The position numbers were made by a program, and so were the translations under genes. Of a DNA stretch of 64,000 nt, positions 41,678 to 51,667 are shown one piece after another (the stretch's first letter is position 1; every line of letters begins with the position of its first letter). The stretch is taken from contig CDRNVI010000012.1 of assembly GCA_977017575.1 (NCBI GenBank), positions 434,001 to 498,000 on the forward strand, given 5' to 3'. The notes below the pieces were generated by a model, which saw nothing but the letters and a program-made list of their open reading frames with translations, made no database searches and was not told where the DNA came from. Source of the DNA: Paramoeba atlantica. Its lineage: Eukaryota > Protista > Discosea.

Positions 41678-43135
41678 GGATTATCACATCCAGTGCACCA
41701 AGTTATCACATCCAGTGCACCAAAAGTTTTTAGATTATCATATCCAGTGCACCAAAAGTATATTTTTACAATTTCAATTTACATATTCAACTTACTTAGA
41801 TATTCAATTTAGACATTTCTATTACTCGATTTTTTTCCTTCCTTCGTCATGATAAAGAATACGGCTCAGTGAAGGAGAGAGGCGCACTATACAAGAGATG
41901 TTCGAGGCGGGAGCTACGCGACGTGAGATCGGCCCGACTATCGGAAAATCACATAGCACCGTTAGCCGTGAGTTGGCCCGAAACAAAAAACGGAGTCGGC
42001 GGTACGAAGCCAGCCGTGCTCAGAGAGCATCCAAGAGACGCTTGGAAAGCAAGCCGGTGCGCCCTCGCATGATCTCTGGGCCCGTGGAGCGCCACATCAA
42101 GAAGCTCTTAGGGCAGCTTCACAGTCCAGAACAGGTTGCCAACACTTTAGTTGCTGGGGCGCAAGCTTCGCCGTCTGTGGCTACTATTTGTCGCCACGTG
42201 GCACGTGATAAGCACGTAGGTGGGAAACTGTACAAATCTCTTCGGATTCGTGGTCGGCGCCCTTATAGGCGTCGATCCAACCGCGGCAGATCAACGATCC
42301 CCAACAGAGTCCCCACCCGACTTCGCCCTCAGATAGTCAACAAGAGGCGTCGGTATGGGGATTGGGAAGCAGACCTCGTGGAACGGCATAATCACTCAGG
42401 ATACATTTTGACCTTGTGTGAGCGGAAGAGCCGATTCCTCGTTCTGCGTGTTCTACGATCGAAGCATGCCGAAGAAGTGGCGAATCAAATCATCAAGGGA
42501 TTAAGAAAGTACAAAACTTTTACTATCACTTATGACAATGGAACGGAATTTACAAAGCATGAAAGATTGAATGAAAAGCTGGGCTGTAAATCCTTTTTCT
42601 GTGTCCCGTATCACTCGTGGGAAAAGGGGACGGTGGAAATTTCAAATGGTTTTATTCGCCAATATCACAAGGCGAGTGAGTCGTTTGAGACACTGAGCCT
42701 CAAAGAGGTGAACAAGACAGCCAAGAAGTTAAACAAACGGCCCAGAAAGGTTTTGCGGTGGGAATGTCCCAAGAATTTTGAAAGTCTACTCACCAAGACT
42801 TGACGTGTGAAGTTTTGTAAGCGCAATAAAGGGTGTTATTGTAAATAAGTAGAAAGTGTATTTCCGGTAGATCTAAATAAAACAATACTGTTGTATTCCT
42901 CACCAAGACTCATTACATTGGGTTTTCTAGACCTTTTCGGCAAAAACAAATTGGGGGGCAAAAGGCTCCATTGAAAAATATACCAATCATTGTATCATCG
43001 TACTAGGTTCATTTTTTTAAATATTCTTGGTGCACTGGATATGAGAAAATGTTTGACACCTGGAACGGGATGTAATTTTCGCGTTTTTGGTGCACTGGAT
43101 ATGCGAAAATGTTGGTGCACTGGATATGATAATTC
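41678..43135 (+). mobile_element. IS30-family-like transposon with compound inverted ends
   Basis: Three copies of ca(c/t)atccagtgcaccaa at 41678-41760 and three inverted copies (ttggtgcactggatatg) at 43027-43135 flank the transposase. Exact ends and TSD unresolved. Confidence 0.75.
41898..42803 (+). CDS. IS30-family DDE transposase (301 aa)
   Basis: HTH (REIGPTIGKSHSTVSRELARN), SPEQVA, GDWEADLV, TLCERKSR, TITYDNGTEF, PYHSWEKGTVEISNGFIRQY, LNKRPRKVL. Confidence 0.93.
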   Translation: MFEAGATRREIGPTIGKSHSTVSRELARNKKRSRRYEASRAQRASKRRLESKPVRPRMISGPVERHIKKLLGQLHSPEQVANTLVAGAQASPSVATICRHVARDKHVGGKLYKSLRIRGRRPYRRRSNRGRSTIPNRVPTRLRPQIVNKRRRYGDWEADLVERHNHSGYILTLCERKSRFLVLRVLRSKHAEEVANQIIKGLRKYKTFTITYDNGTEFTKHERLNEKLGCKSFFCVPYHSWEKGTVEISNGFIRQYHKASESFETLSLKEVNKTAKKLNKRPRKVLRWECPKNFESLLTKT

Positions 43136-43409
43136 AGGCTTCCGTCAACTAAGCTGGTTTACTTGTGGAAATGTCGACAGTGCTCGCGCTTTCCTGGTGG
43201 GAGACAACCCCACTAAAGTTGTAGTCCAAGGCTCTGCAAGGGAAGGGCAGTCTCGAGCCACAACAACACGTGCAGCCGATGAATCCGGGACACATTGCAA
43301 AGCCTCCGAGAAGTTTGGACACACCCGAAGCGATGACAGTTCCACTTTGTTGGAAAGGAGCGGCTTGCCCCGAGTTTTACATGCCTGTTGGCTGTAAAAT
43401 TTGCACCTC

Positions 43410-43560
43410 CCGCAATAAGCTATAAGATCGCCAAGGCTTGGGCCTCAAAGTTGTGGCTATGTGCTAAGCGTAGGTTGGACCAAAAAAGAGTGTCAGAAGA
43501 GAGATGTCGTCTCTACGAAGGGTGGACAGTACGCCAAACGAAGCTGACACTTGTGGCAGC
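43410..43560 (+). pseudogene. Coding remnant of an unidentified repeat family (homologous to 19960-20130)
   Basis: See paired copy; differences include synonymous changes (gcg/gct, tta/ttg, aag/aaa, gtc/gtg). Confidence 0.55.
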
Positions 43561-43958
43561 ATTCGCAATGTGTCCCGCGTGCTTTTCATAATACAGTGAA
43601 GTTTTACTCTCGGAAAATAAATGTGATGAAGATTCCCTTTTGCTGGATGTTCAGAATTGCGGAAAGTGATCTAGCTTAAACACTAAAACGGAAGTAGAAG
43701 TGATTATGCTCTAAAAGGAGTTTTCTATAATTATGGGAACAGGAGCAAGTTATGGTCCTGTTCACGTATAAATATTTCGATATGAAATAATTTTGCACCC
43801 ATACAGTAAAATTTACAGTTGTGAGAATGGTTAGTTGCAATATGCCGCGTAAAAGAGCACGTCTTTTTTTGTCAGAGATGTACATTTATGTGAGAGGGGT
43901 AACAATATGGAATTCGAAAGGGAACCCCACGTTACGAGGGTCTCAACGAAGGGGTCAT

Positions 43959-46220
43959 CTACGAAGGAGTATGTCGTTTTCTTTTCTGAAAAGCCGAAAA
44001 GTGTTTATTTGAATTAGGCTTCAGACGAACCCCGTTAAAAGACATCCATTCCTTAGCAAATTTTAAAGTGCATTGAGCTAGAATCTGTAGGCAAACTTCT
44101 CTTTCTCGCTCCATTTCGCTCCCTTCAGTTTCCCCACGCGAAGCGATTCTTTGTGCAAGAATGTGCTTGCTCGAACTAGAGAGTACGGTTCGCACTTCGT
44201 GAAGGTCAACTGCTTCCATCAAAAGTATGCGTTCGCAGAAGGAGAGCGCAATCGAGTCGGAAATTTGGTGGCACAATCGAAGCACTTCATTTGCTGTCTG
44301 TTGTAACAAGGACAATGCTGGACGAAACTTTCGCATCTCTTTGGAACGATCGCCTCCCGTTGCCGAGTTTCTATCTTTTGTATTTCGTTGTGAGACACTT
44401 TCATCCTTTGGTAGGCTTCTTGAATGGGTATTACGACTGTCAAATCGCGTGCGTTTGTATGCGCGCTCACGAAGATTCTGGAGACGAGTAATCATGGGTT
44501 CACGCAATCCTCTTTTCAGACCAACACGTTCGCATTCCTTTTCTAGAACTTGATCAGCCCATAGAGCATATACGGAGAGGCCTTTTTTGTTCTTGTTAAC
44601 CTGACGTATGCAAGAATCTCTGTTGTAAATGTTGTCCGCGATCCTACTGCATGATGCAGTACAATTAGCATGATCATACATATTTTCGTTTTCCATCGCT
44701 TCCATGTGTTCATGTTCCCATTCAACATCATTGGTAAAAAGTTCCGACTCACGTTTTTCGGACTGCTCCCGAGAAGCAAGAGTGCAAGAATTATCAAAAG
44801 AATTGGAATGATGTACCCCTTTGTTAGATATTATGAGCTCATGGTTTTCCTCGTCCCACTTTCTTTGTGGTGGAGAACTTACAAACTTCTGTGAAACAGT
44901 TTCCACAGGAAGTGCACCTTCTAGTGGTTGGTTCAAAGAGAACTCTTCAAAACACCTTAGGTTTGAACTCAATATCTGAGGATCAAGGGGATTAAGAGAT
45001 GGTGAATTTGAATGTTCTAAGAATTCTCTGTGTGCTTGGTGATTTTCCTTTTTGCTAGATAAATCAAAAGTGTAATCATCATTAAACTCTAGATCGGCAG
45101 GAAGAATCGAAGGGGTAACTATTGCATTATTAGACGGAGAAAGCGATGCTACTGATCCATTTCGTTGAGATTCACACAAATGCTCCCCAGTTTTGGGACG
45201 TATATCACATGGCTCACAGCTCAGTTCGCGTGTCTGAACTTGACTCGATACGGTTCTATCGAAAATCAATGTTGCTGTCGGGGATTCATCTACGGCAGGA
45301 AAAGCTCTCATTACAATCCTGAAAGAATTATTCGTTCTGGACATCTGAACTCCACTCTTCAGCGCATTCTTGGGGTATCGGAGGGCATATTTTTCCTCAT
45401 GAGATTGTAGCTCTTCTTTGCATCTTGAAAAGGCTTCTTTAGAGACTGTTGTAAATTTACGAACCGCCTCTTGAAGGGCCCCATGCATTTCTTTTTCCGC
45501 GCTGTCCACAGCTGCTTGATAGGTTTCCACAATATTTTCGTGTTTATTGTCAGCTTCATACACATATTCGCGCATTGTCATATCGATACACAGTTCAGGA
45601 ATTATGCCGCCACCTTGCGCTATCACGCACAATGGAGCATTTCGTTGTGGTGTTTGAGGTTCTCTCCAGAAGTCAGTCTCTCCAAGATCTTTGTACTGGC
45701 TTTGCCTCATGATATCGTTGTCTTCCGACAAAAATCGAGACTCATTCTGCAGATCAACTTCGCCATTTCTAGGTTCAGGGGGCAGAGAAATCTTTGTATC
45801 ACTAGGAGACTTCGAAATCGGGGTTGAAGGATTAAGTGTGCGCGTCACAGGTTCTAGAATTCTTTCCTGTGTACTCATTTTTGATTTTTCAGGTGTTTGT
45901 AAATTTAATTGCGCAATTGCAAGTCGTAGTTTGCGTCGATCACGTGAGGCCCGAAGTCCTAAAGAGCTATGCATGGTTGGTGTGATGCTGGCACACAGAC
46001 CCTGAGTGGTTAATCTGCACTCTTGGAACGCGTCATGATATTTTAGAAGATCGTGGGTTTCTAACCACAATTTCAAATCGAAGGCAGAATGTTGAGAGGA
46101 CATGTCTTTCTCGTTCTCTATGTCTTGATTTCTGAAGCCTTGCATAAAATTCGCGCTGCTAGAAGGCTCCGGCTTTACAGCTGAATAAGCATGCTGGTTC
46201 ACAAAGCTTTCAAAACTCAT
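43959..46220 (-). CDS. SAM-domain protein with C-terminal SAP and Slx1-binding-like region (SLX4-like)
   Basis: SAM: LKLWLETHDLLKYHDAFQE...RRKLRLAIAQL. SAP: VLEKECERVGLKRGLREPMITRLQNL. C-terminus: ERILLMEAVDLHEV...KEWMSFNGVRL. ATG 46220. Confidence 0.6.
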   Translation of the reverse strand: MSFESFVNQHAYSAVKPEPSSSANFMQGFRNQDIENEKDMSSQHSAFDLKLWLETHDLLKYHDAFQECRLTTQGLCASITPTMHSSLGLRASRDRRKLRLAIAQLNLQTPEKSKMSTQERILEPVTRTLNPSTPISKSPSDTKISLPPEPRNGEVDLQNESRFLSEDNDIMRQSQYKDLGETDFWREPQTPQRNAPLCVIAQGGGIIPELCIDMTMREYVYEADNKHENIVETYQAAVDSAEKEMHGALQEAVRKFTTVSKEAFSRCKEELQSHEEKYALRYPKNALKSGVQMSRTNNSFRIVMRAFPAVDESPTATLIFDRTVSSQVQTRELSCEPCDIRPKTGEHLCESQRNGSVASLSPSNNAIVTPSILPADLEFNDDYTFDLSSKKENHQAHREFLEHSNSPSLNPLDPQILSSNLRCFEEFSLNQPLEGALPVETVSQKFVSSPPQRKWDEENHELIISNKGVHHSNSFDNSCTLASREQSEKRESELFTNDVEWEHEHMEAMENENMYDHANCTASCSRIADNIYNRDSCIRQVNKNKKGLSVYALWADQVLEKECERVGLKRGLREPMITRLQNLRERAYKRTRFDSRNTHSRSLPKDESVSQRNTKDRNSATGGDRSKEMRKFRPALSLLQQTANEVLRLCHQISDSIALSFCERILLMEAVDLHEVRTVLSSSSKHILAQRIASRGETEGSEMEREREVCLQILAQCTLKFAKEWMSFNGVRLKPNSNKHFSAFQKRKRHTPS

Positions 46221-46647
46221 TGTGCGGTAGCGATGGCGGCAAAGCAGGTCCTCCGCCGGGAGTGGTGAAGGGGCACATGGGGAATATATTTTTGGAGAAA
46301 AAATCAACAAGGTACATTATCAACAAGGTATAAAAGCATTCGATGTACTATTGCAGTGCGCGCTTGAACGGATCGCTTCAAGTTCAACTATTCTGGCAAA
46401 GTCCGGGAAGCAAAGTTTTTAAAGGCTCAAGGAAGTTACAAGAAACATCGTCTGAAAGAACGCCAGAATCAGTGCTATAGCGAAAGTCGAAAGTTTGTCC
46501 CGATCAGAAAAGGAAATTGGGGGCTCAAGAGTCACAAAAATACGACGCACTCACAACACAATTCTTCGAGAGGGATTTCCACCACGGAAAAGAGGAAATA
46601 CACGTCGATCATCCATAAACCGAAATCTTGTTGAAACACTAATTTTA

Positions 46648-46742
46648 GGCTCTTCGTTAAACGCGGTGGTTCTTTGAAGCTTAGAAGTTACCCATGCTGC
46701 GCGCTTCGTGTTGAAAACTACCTCCGCGTCTAACGAAGAGCC
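46648..46742 (-). mobile_element. 95-bp TA-flanked MITE, family 1 copy
   Basis: TA|ggctcttcgttaaacgcgg ... ccgcgtctaacgaagagcc|TA (18/19 TIR match). Confidence 0.8.
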
Positions 46743-47105
46743 TAAAAAAATTGGCTACCAAAGCGGAAGAAACCAGAAGGATTTGACCCAAAAATAACAG
46801 AGCTTCGGATAAAAATGGGAGCATTTTTGCGTATTTTTGCTCTCAGAGCACTAAATCCGATATATGCGTGTGGGATCACTCGTAGGCATGAATGAAAGCC
46901 TATCGAACGGAATGGGTAGAAAATGCGATTCTAACCACACCATTCTTCAGACACAAAAAGGTCCCTTTGGGTACGCAAATCACTTTTTCGCATTTTTTAG
47001 TCAAAATTGGGACATTTTGGGAGGCATTTCACGGCTCCAAGAAGGCGTATCTTGCGAAAACAACGGCGTGGAAAGCTAGTAGAGCTCCCAAACTCTCAAA
47101 ATGTA

Positions 47106-47690
47106 CCGTAGACCCCCCCAGTAACAGAGATTTGGCCATTTTTGGGCTGACCCCCAGTAACAGAGATTTGGCCCGGGAGGGTGGTTGGAGGGGGGAGGGG
47201 GTGTTTGGGTGGGTGGGGGTCGCTGGGCTGGGTGAGGGTGGTTGCGCGGGAGCGAAGTAGTTGCAGGGTTGTCTGGGCAGAAAATTAATGCACACATGAA
47301 CAAAAAAAGTGTTTTCCCACTAAAAAAGCATACCCCCCCAGTAACAGAGATTTGGCTGTTTGGGTCCAAAATAGATTCTATTACTGGGGTATACGGTAGA
47401 ATCGATTATGGACCAAAATGACCAAATCCTTGTTACTGGGCGGTATACTTTTTGGGTAGGAAAAGGCCTTTTTTGTTCATAAGTGCGTTGCTTTTTTGTC
47501 CAACCAACCCCACAACTACGCCATTCGCTCCCGCGCATCTACCCTCACCCCGTGCAGCAATCCCCACCCGCCCAAACACCCCCTCCCCTCTCCAACCACC
47601 CTCCCGAGACAAATCCTTGTTACTGGGGGTCAGCCGAAAAAGGGTAAAATCCTTGTTACTGGGGGAGTCCATTACTGGGGGGGTCTGCAG
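47106..47690. mobile_element. 585-bp foldback element, TA-flanked, pogo-like ends
   Basis: TA|ccgtagacccccccagtaa ... ttactgggggggtctgcag|TA; arms of about 270 bp are mutually inverted (the ORFs at 46892+ and 47433- give near-identical peptides); reiterated ccccagtaaca motif. Confidence 0.85.
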
Positions 47691-47775
47691 TAATAGGGGA
47701 AACGATTTTGAAAAAATATATTTTTTGACATCTTTTTCGCGGTTGGATTTTTTTCGAAAATGTTTTCCCGAAATA

Positions 47776-47799
47776 CTCCCCGTCATTAATAATGATAAT
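47776..47799 (+). repeat. Solo end of the 48016-48106 MITE family
   Basis: TA|ctccccgtcattaataatgataat. Confidence 0.65.
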
Positions 47800-48015
47800 C
47801 ATAAAAAAAATTATCATTCTATGTTGTGAAGACTCTTAAAAAATTATCACCTTATTTTCACGCACGCAGGGTTTTCTTACAAAAAATTTTGTGTCTTAAA
47901 AAAAACGTTTTTTGAACTAAAGAACTACTGGGAAGGTTTCAAAAACGGCCCAAATTCGGGTTATGATTTCGCATTTTTGGCCTGAAAATCGTGTTTGTTT
48001 GTCGAGAACTATGTA

Positions 48016-48106
48016 CTCCCCCTGCCATTAATAATGATAATGATAATAACAATAATTTCAAAAAAATAACATTCTTGAGGATTATCATTATTAATGACAG
48101 GGGGAG
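48016..48106. mobile_element. 91-bp TA-flanked MITE (Tc1/mariner-type)
   Basis: 26-bp TIR ctccccctg(c/t)cattaataatgataat with one mismatch; TA on both sides. Confidence 0.85.
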
Positions 48107-49086
48107 TAATCCGGACTTAGCAGACCCGTCTTCTGCGCATGTTACACTAGGGAACGAAGTACGCAGCTCTCCCTGCGAGATAGTATGCAGACTTTTTTCT
48201 AAATTTTTTGTATTGCGGAGATCGACTCGCCGAGACTATCAACTCTCCAGGCCGAACTAAAAAAACCGTCTTCTGTCCAGCCTCACGTGAAAACTTCACA
48301 AGTTTTGTTCCCTCCAAGATAAATTTAGCGCAGCCACAGACAAGCACATCTCCAGAGTTCAGAACTCCGGTATAAAGTAGGGGAGGGATTCAGAACTTGC
48401 TTAGAAAAACGCGGAGCTATAACCAAGCTCTTTGCCGAGGTGTACAAGGGGAATACGGTGCTCGAAGAGGTCCAGGACTGGCAAAACGCCAGTCCCTCGA
48501 GTCCCTATAAATTCGAAGGGGTCCTAAAGCCAGGTCATTCGACTTTTTTCGGATGATGGGGCGTAGCGACCCCAGCTTCCCGAGCTAACTCACCCGGCGT
48601 CGCATAACAATACGCTAGATATCTATGGTGAGTACGATCAGGATCTCCTAGAAAATGGCCGGCACTAGTAAATCAAAGCTCTAAATAACTACGCCAGTGC
48701 AGGACATCAGCTTTCCCAACAGAACGAGGGATTGCTGATGATAGAGTGCTGTCCCCACTCTCCAAAGGCACTCGGCGGCTCTCTAAAGGTACTCGGCGGG
48801 GAGATTCTTATTGACCATGTCCACCGGCAACGGTGTGAATTGTCCCAGCCCGCTTCAAAAGAGTACCAGGATCGACGTAGCCCCACATCCCTCGTACGAC
48901 AAATGGGGTTTATTACAGTATGCAGAGTTACAGTATATGAGGTTGATGAGTGAGACCCCAGCGTAATAAAGACCCTAAGATCGCTACATGTATTGATCTT
49001 ACTCATACAGTAAGCTTGGTTTGTAAGCTTCTTTTCTTCCCGAAAGATCAAGAATAATTAAATTTTCTTTACTTTTCCTGCTTCGC

Positions 49087-50265
49087 TTAGTGAGATACTT
49101 TTGGCATTTTTAGGTGTGCGCTTAACAGTATTTGGTGTGGATGTAATCCAGTTAAAATTTTAACAGTAGACGCGAGATAGACAAGATTTTCCTCATTATC
49201 AATTGACATTAATGCAACATAGGCATGAACGCGTGAAGTAAACGAATTAGGCGAAATCAATGCACCGATGCTGCCAATAAAATGATACAATGTGAAATTA
49301 CAGTCACATGCAAGACCAAGAGCCGTGTCGCGTTTGCAGGAACAACATTTAAATCTAATATGGTACACAGGCAGCTTAAGAATCACTCTTGGATTGAAAC
49401 ATTCGTCAATCTTCCTTTCCCGCGTGTTCGTACGCGTGCTCTGATCCCTATAGTACGTACTGGGAGCTTTTGGGAAACTAAAGATCCGCAAATAGTTTCC
49501 TGTGATTTCTTTGAAATGGTCCAATTCCAGCCGATGGCAGACCTCTGGTGCGTCAATAACAACGATAACGTTAATCGAAAAAATCTTTATCAAGGTAGTG
49601 ACAATGTCGTAACCCAGCCCTTCAATCCAACCCATAGTATTTACTATTAAATTTAAGTCTGTGTTATTTCTTCGAAAACGCGCTATTTTTGCTGCCAGAT
49701 TTGTGCAAATATTAAAGTACTCACGTACAGTCCTTCCCCTTACATGGTTGTGACCGAAAAAATATGACCCGATAGTATCGTGTGGTATAGATCTCTCGTC
49801 CCAGATCAGGTTTTGTAGAAGCGCGAAATGAACAGAACCAGAAATACCTAAGCTGTTCTGACCTACATCGACATCTGCATAAACTACCTGACGTGATCGT
49901 TTAAGACTAGTATTTACAAAATACTGACATAGTGTGCTTTTGCCCGAGTTTGAAGGACCAACAACTAGTATAGTTGGGGTTCCGCGTCTCGGGACACTGT
50001 AGGAAAACGTTGAAATGAGTGGTTCATACGTTTGGACCAAAAAGTCAAGCACAATATGCGCGTAGAACTCACCAGAAACACGAATGATAGCCCAATAATG
50101 AGGGGAAATAACTATCGTTTTTTTTTCAAAATGAAGTGGACGTTTGCGCAACAAAGAATAACCAAATGCATGTGCTCGACCAGCAACAAGTTCTACTGCA
50201 CCGCTGGTCACACACTCAATATGTAGAGCACCTCTATGCTGATGTAATTCAAATGTGGCCTGCAT
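49087..50265 (-). CDS. CLP1: CLP1-like polynucleotide 5'-hydroxyl kinase
   Basis: VVGPSNSGKSTL, ADVDVGQN, LIVNTMGWIEGLGY. Confidence 0.85.
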   Translation of the reverse strand: MQATFELHQHRGALHIECVTSGAVELVAGRAHAFGYSLLRKRPLHFEKKTIVISPHYWAIIRVSGEFYAHIVLDFLVQTYEPLISTFSYSVPRRGTPTILVVGPSNSGKSTLCQYFVNTSLKRSRQVVYADVDVGQNSLGISGSVHFALLQNLIWDERSIPHDTIGSYFFGHNHVRGRTVREYFNICTNLAAKIARFRRNNTDLNLIVNTMGWIEGLGYDIVTTLIKIFSINVIVVIDAPEVCHRLELDHFKEITGNYLRIFSFPKAPSTYYRDQSTRTNTRERKIDECFNPRVILKLPVYHIRFKCCSCKRDTALGLACDCNFTLYHFIGSIGALISPNSFTSRVHAYVALMSIDNEENLVYLASTVKILTGLHPHQILLSAHLKMPKVSH

Positions 50266-50467
50266 GATCGTTTCATTATTATTAAGTCTTCGCCACGTCT
50301 AGAAAAAAATAATAAAGCGATTTCAATTTACTGCCATACCGATAAGCTCCGTTAATCCTGTCAATTTTTCTCAGAACAAATGTGCAATGTGCATTATTTT
50401 CTGAAACCGGAGCACAATTTTTTTCCGATACTGTAAGGATACGCTATGTGATACATTATGTATATTA

Positions 50468-51667
50468 TGGGCTGCGGGTGAAACCTCGCCACCCACAGCC
50501 CCATTTTTAGTAGCTGCGTTAAACGAGGTGTTTACCATTGCTACACGTTGAAAACTACCTCCGCGTTTAACGAAGCGACTAAGCAAGAAAACATTGAGCA
50601 AAGTTCAAGAACCTTTCAATTTTTAGGTTCAAATGCCGCATTGGACACTATACAGTTGTCCACTGCCATCCAGTGCCATCCAAAACGGAGATATGAGCGA
50701 GTACCGAAGACCTTTTTTTGATTTGGAGGACCGAAGAACTTTCCATTTCCGCCGGATGTTGTAGGACAAGTGATGGCCATGATATGAAAAAGCGGCTAAT
50801 GTCGGATTCAATTGTACTCATTTTTCAAAAATACGTCTTTTCCTTTCCTTTTGCAAAATAAGATATTTTCTCGTCTCTTCTTGTGCGTGCTCTGTCTTGT
50901 ACATGTGCGGACCTGAGTTGAATTTTAAAGTGAAAGCATGATGGGGACACATCAAAAACTTTTGAAGATTTTTTGCGTTGTGACCGAAGAGAAATGTCCT
51001 CACGATCACGAGGGTTGGAAAGTTCGTCACTCTGTTTCCAGTATTTGTTGGAGGCGATGTAAGCACGTAAGTTTCAGGAAAAGGTTGTCTCGGTTACTTC
51101 CTTACTTTTATTCAGATGTGCGCAAACCGTCCCACAAATTTTAGTTTTGGGTACTTGTAGTACACAAGTACATAAAAGTTAGTCATCCAGTGTCATCCAG
51201 TGCCATCCGCTGCCATCCAAATCTTCATAGTGTCCATTATAAGACCAAAAATGCCATATTTTACCGCGCATTTGGCCCGTTTTTGGCGCCTTACCAGTTG
51301 GGTTATTGTGGCACATCAATTCTTCCACGGGGTTCGTTCCGTTTGTGGCATAGACGTTACGCCACAGATGCTGGAGCGTGCCATTCTTCACATCGTGGAT
51401 CGCCGCGGGCAGTCCTCTTTGTCAACTTCCACTCCAGAACATTGTCATCCTGCTTTCTCCACATCGAATGGTACACCATCGAGTACGTATGCCTACCGCG
51501 GCAGCCCACTTTCGTTTATAATTAATACTCACCCACTTGCAGTTGCTTTTCAGTGTTGGTAGATGCAATAAATGGACGAAAACTATTTGACAATCTCTAA
51601 AATATCATTGTACCCTTTTACAACTGCGAGACCTCGCGAGACCGCGGTTAACGTCACCCGCAGCCCA
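50468..51667. mobile_element. 1.2-kb non-autonomous element with perfect 14-bp TIRs and a possible TTA TSD
   Basis: TTA|tgggctgcgggtga ... tcacccgcagccca|TTA; no transposase recognised; internal (ccagtgccat)n repeats near 50670 and 51185. Confidence 0.55.
50510..50579 (-). mobile_element. 70-bp internally deleted MITE, family 1 copy, nested in the 50468 element
   Basis: TA|gtagctgcgttaaacgagg ... aaaactacctccgcgtttaacgaagcgac|TA. Confidence 0.7.

Noticed and set aside
41678-41760. Triplicated motif as a CRISPR array
   Set aside because: Spacers are very short and the motif is mirrored at 43027-43135, consistent with transposon ends.
41898-42803. Window as bacterial or contaminant DNA because of IS-like genes
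   Set aside because: Flanking genes are clearly eukaryotic (NAA15, PDS5, eIF4E, RPL14). Local chimerism cannot be excluded without reads.
48120-49050. Short ORFs and coding-like DNA (also 53000-53800)
   Set aside because: Stops in all frames and no recognisable motif; possibly old relics, but no call can be supported.
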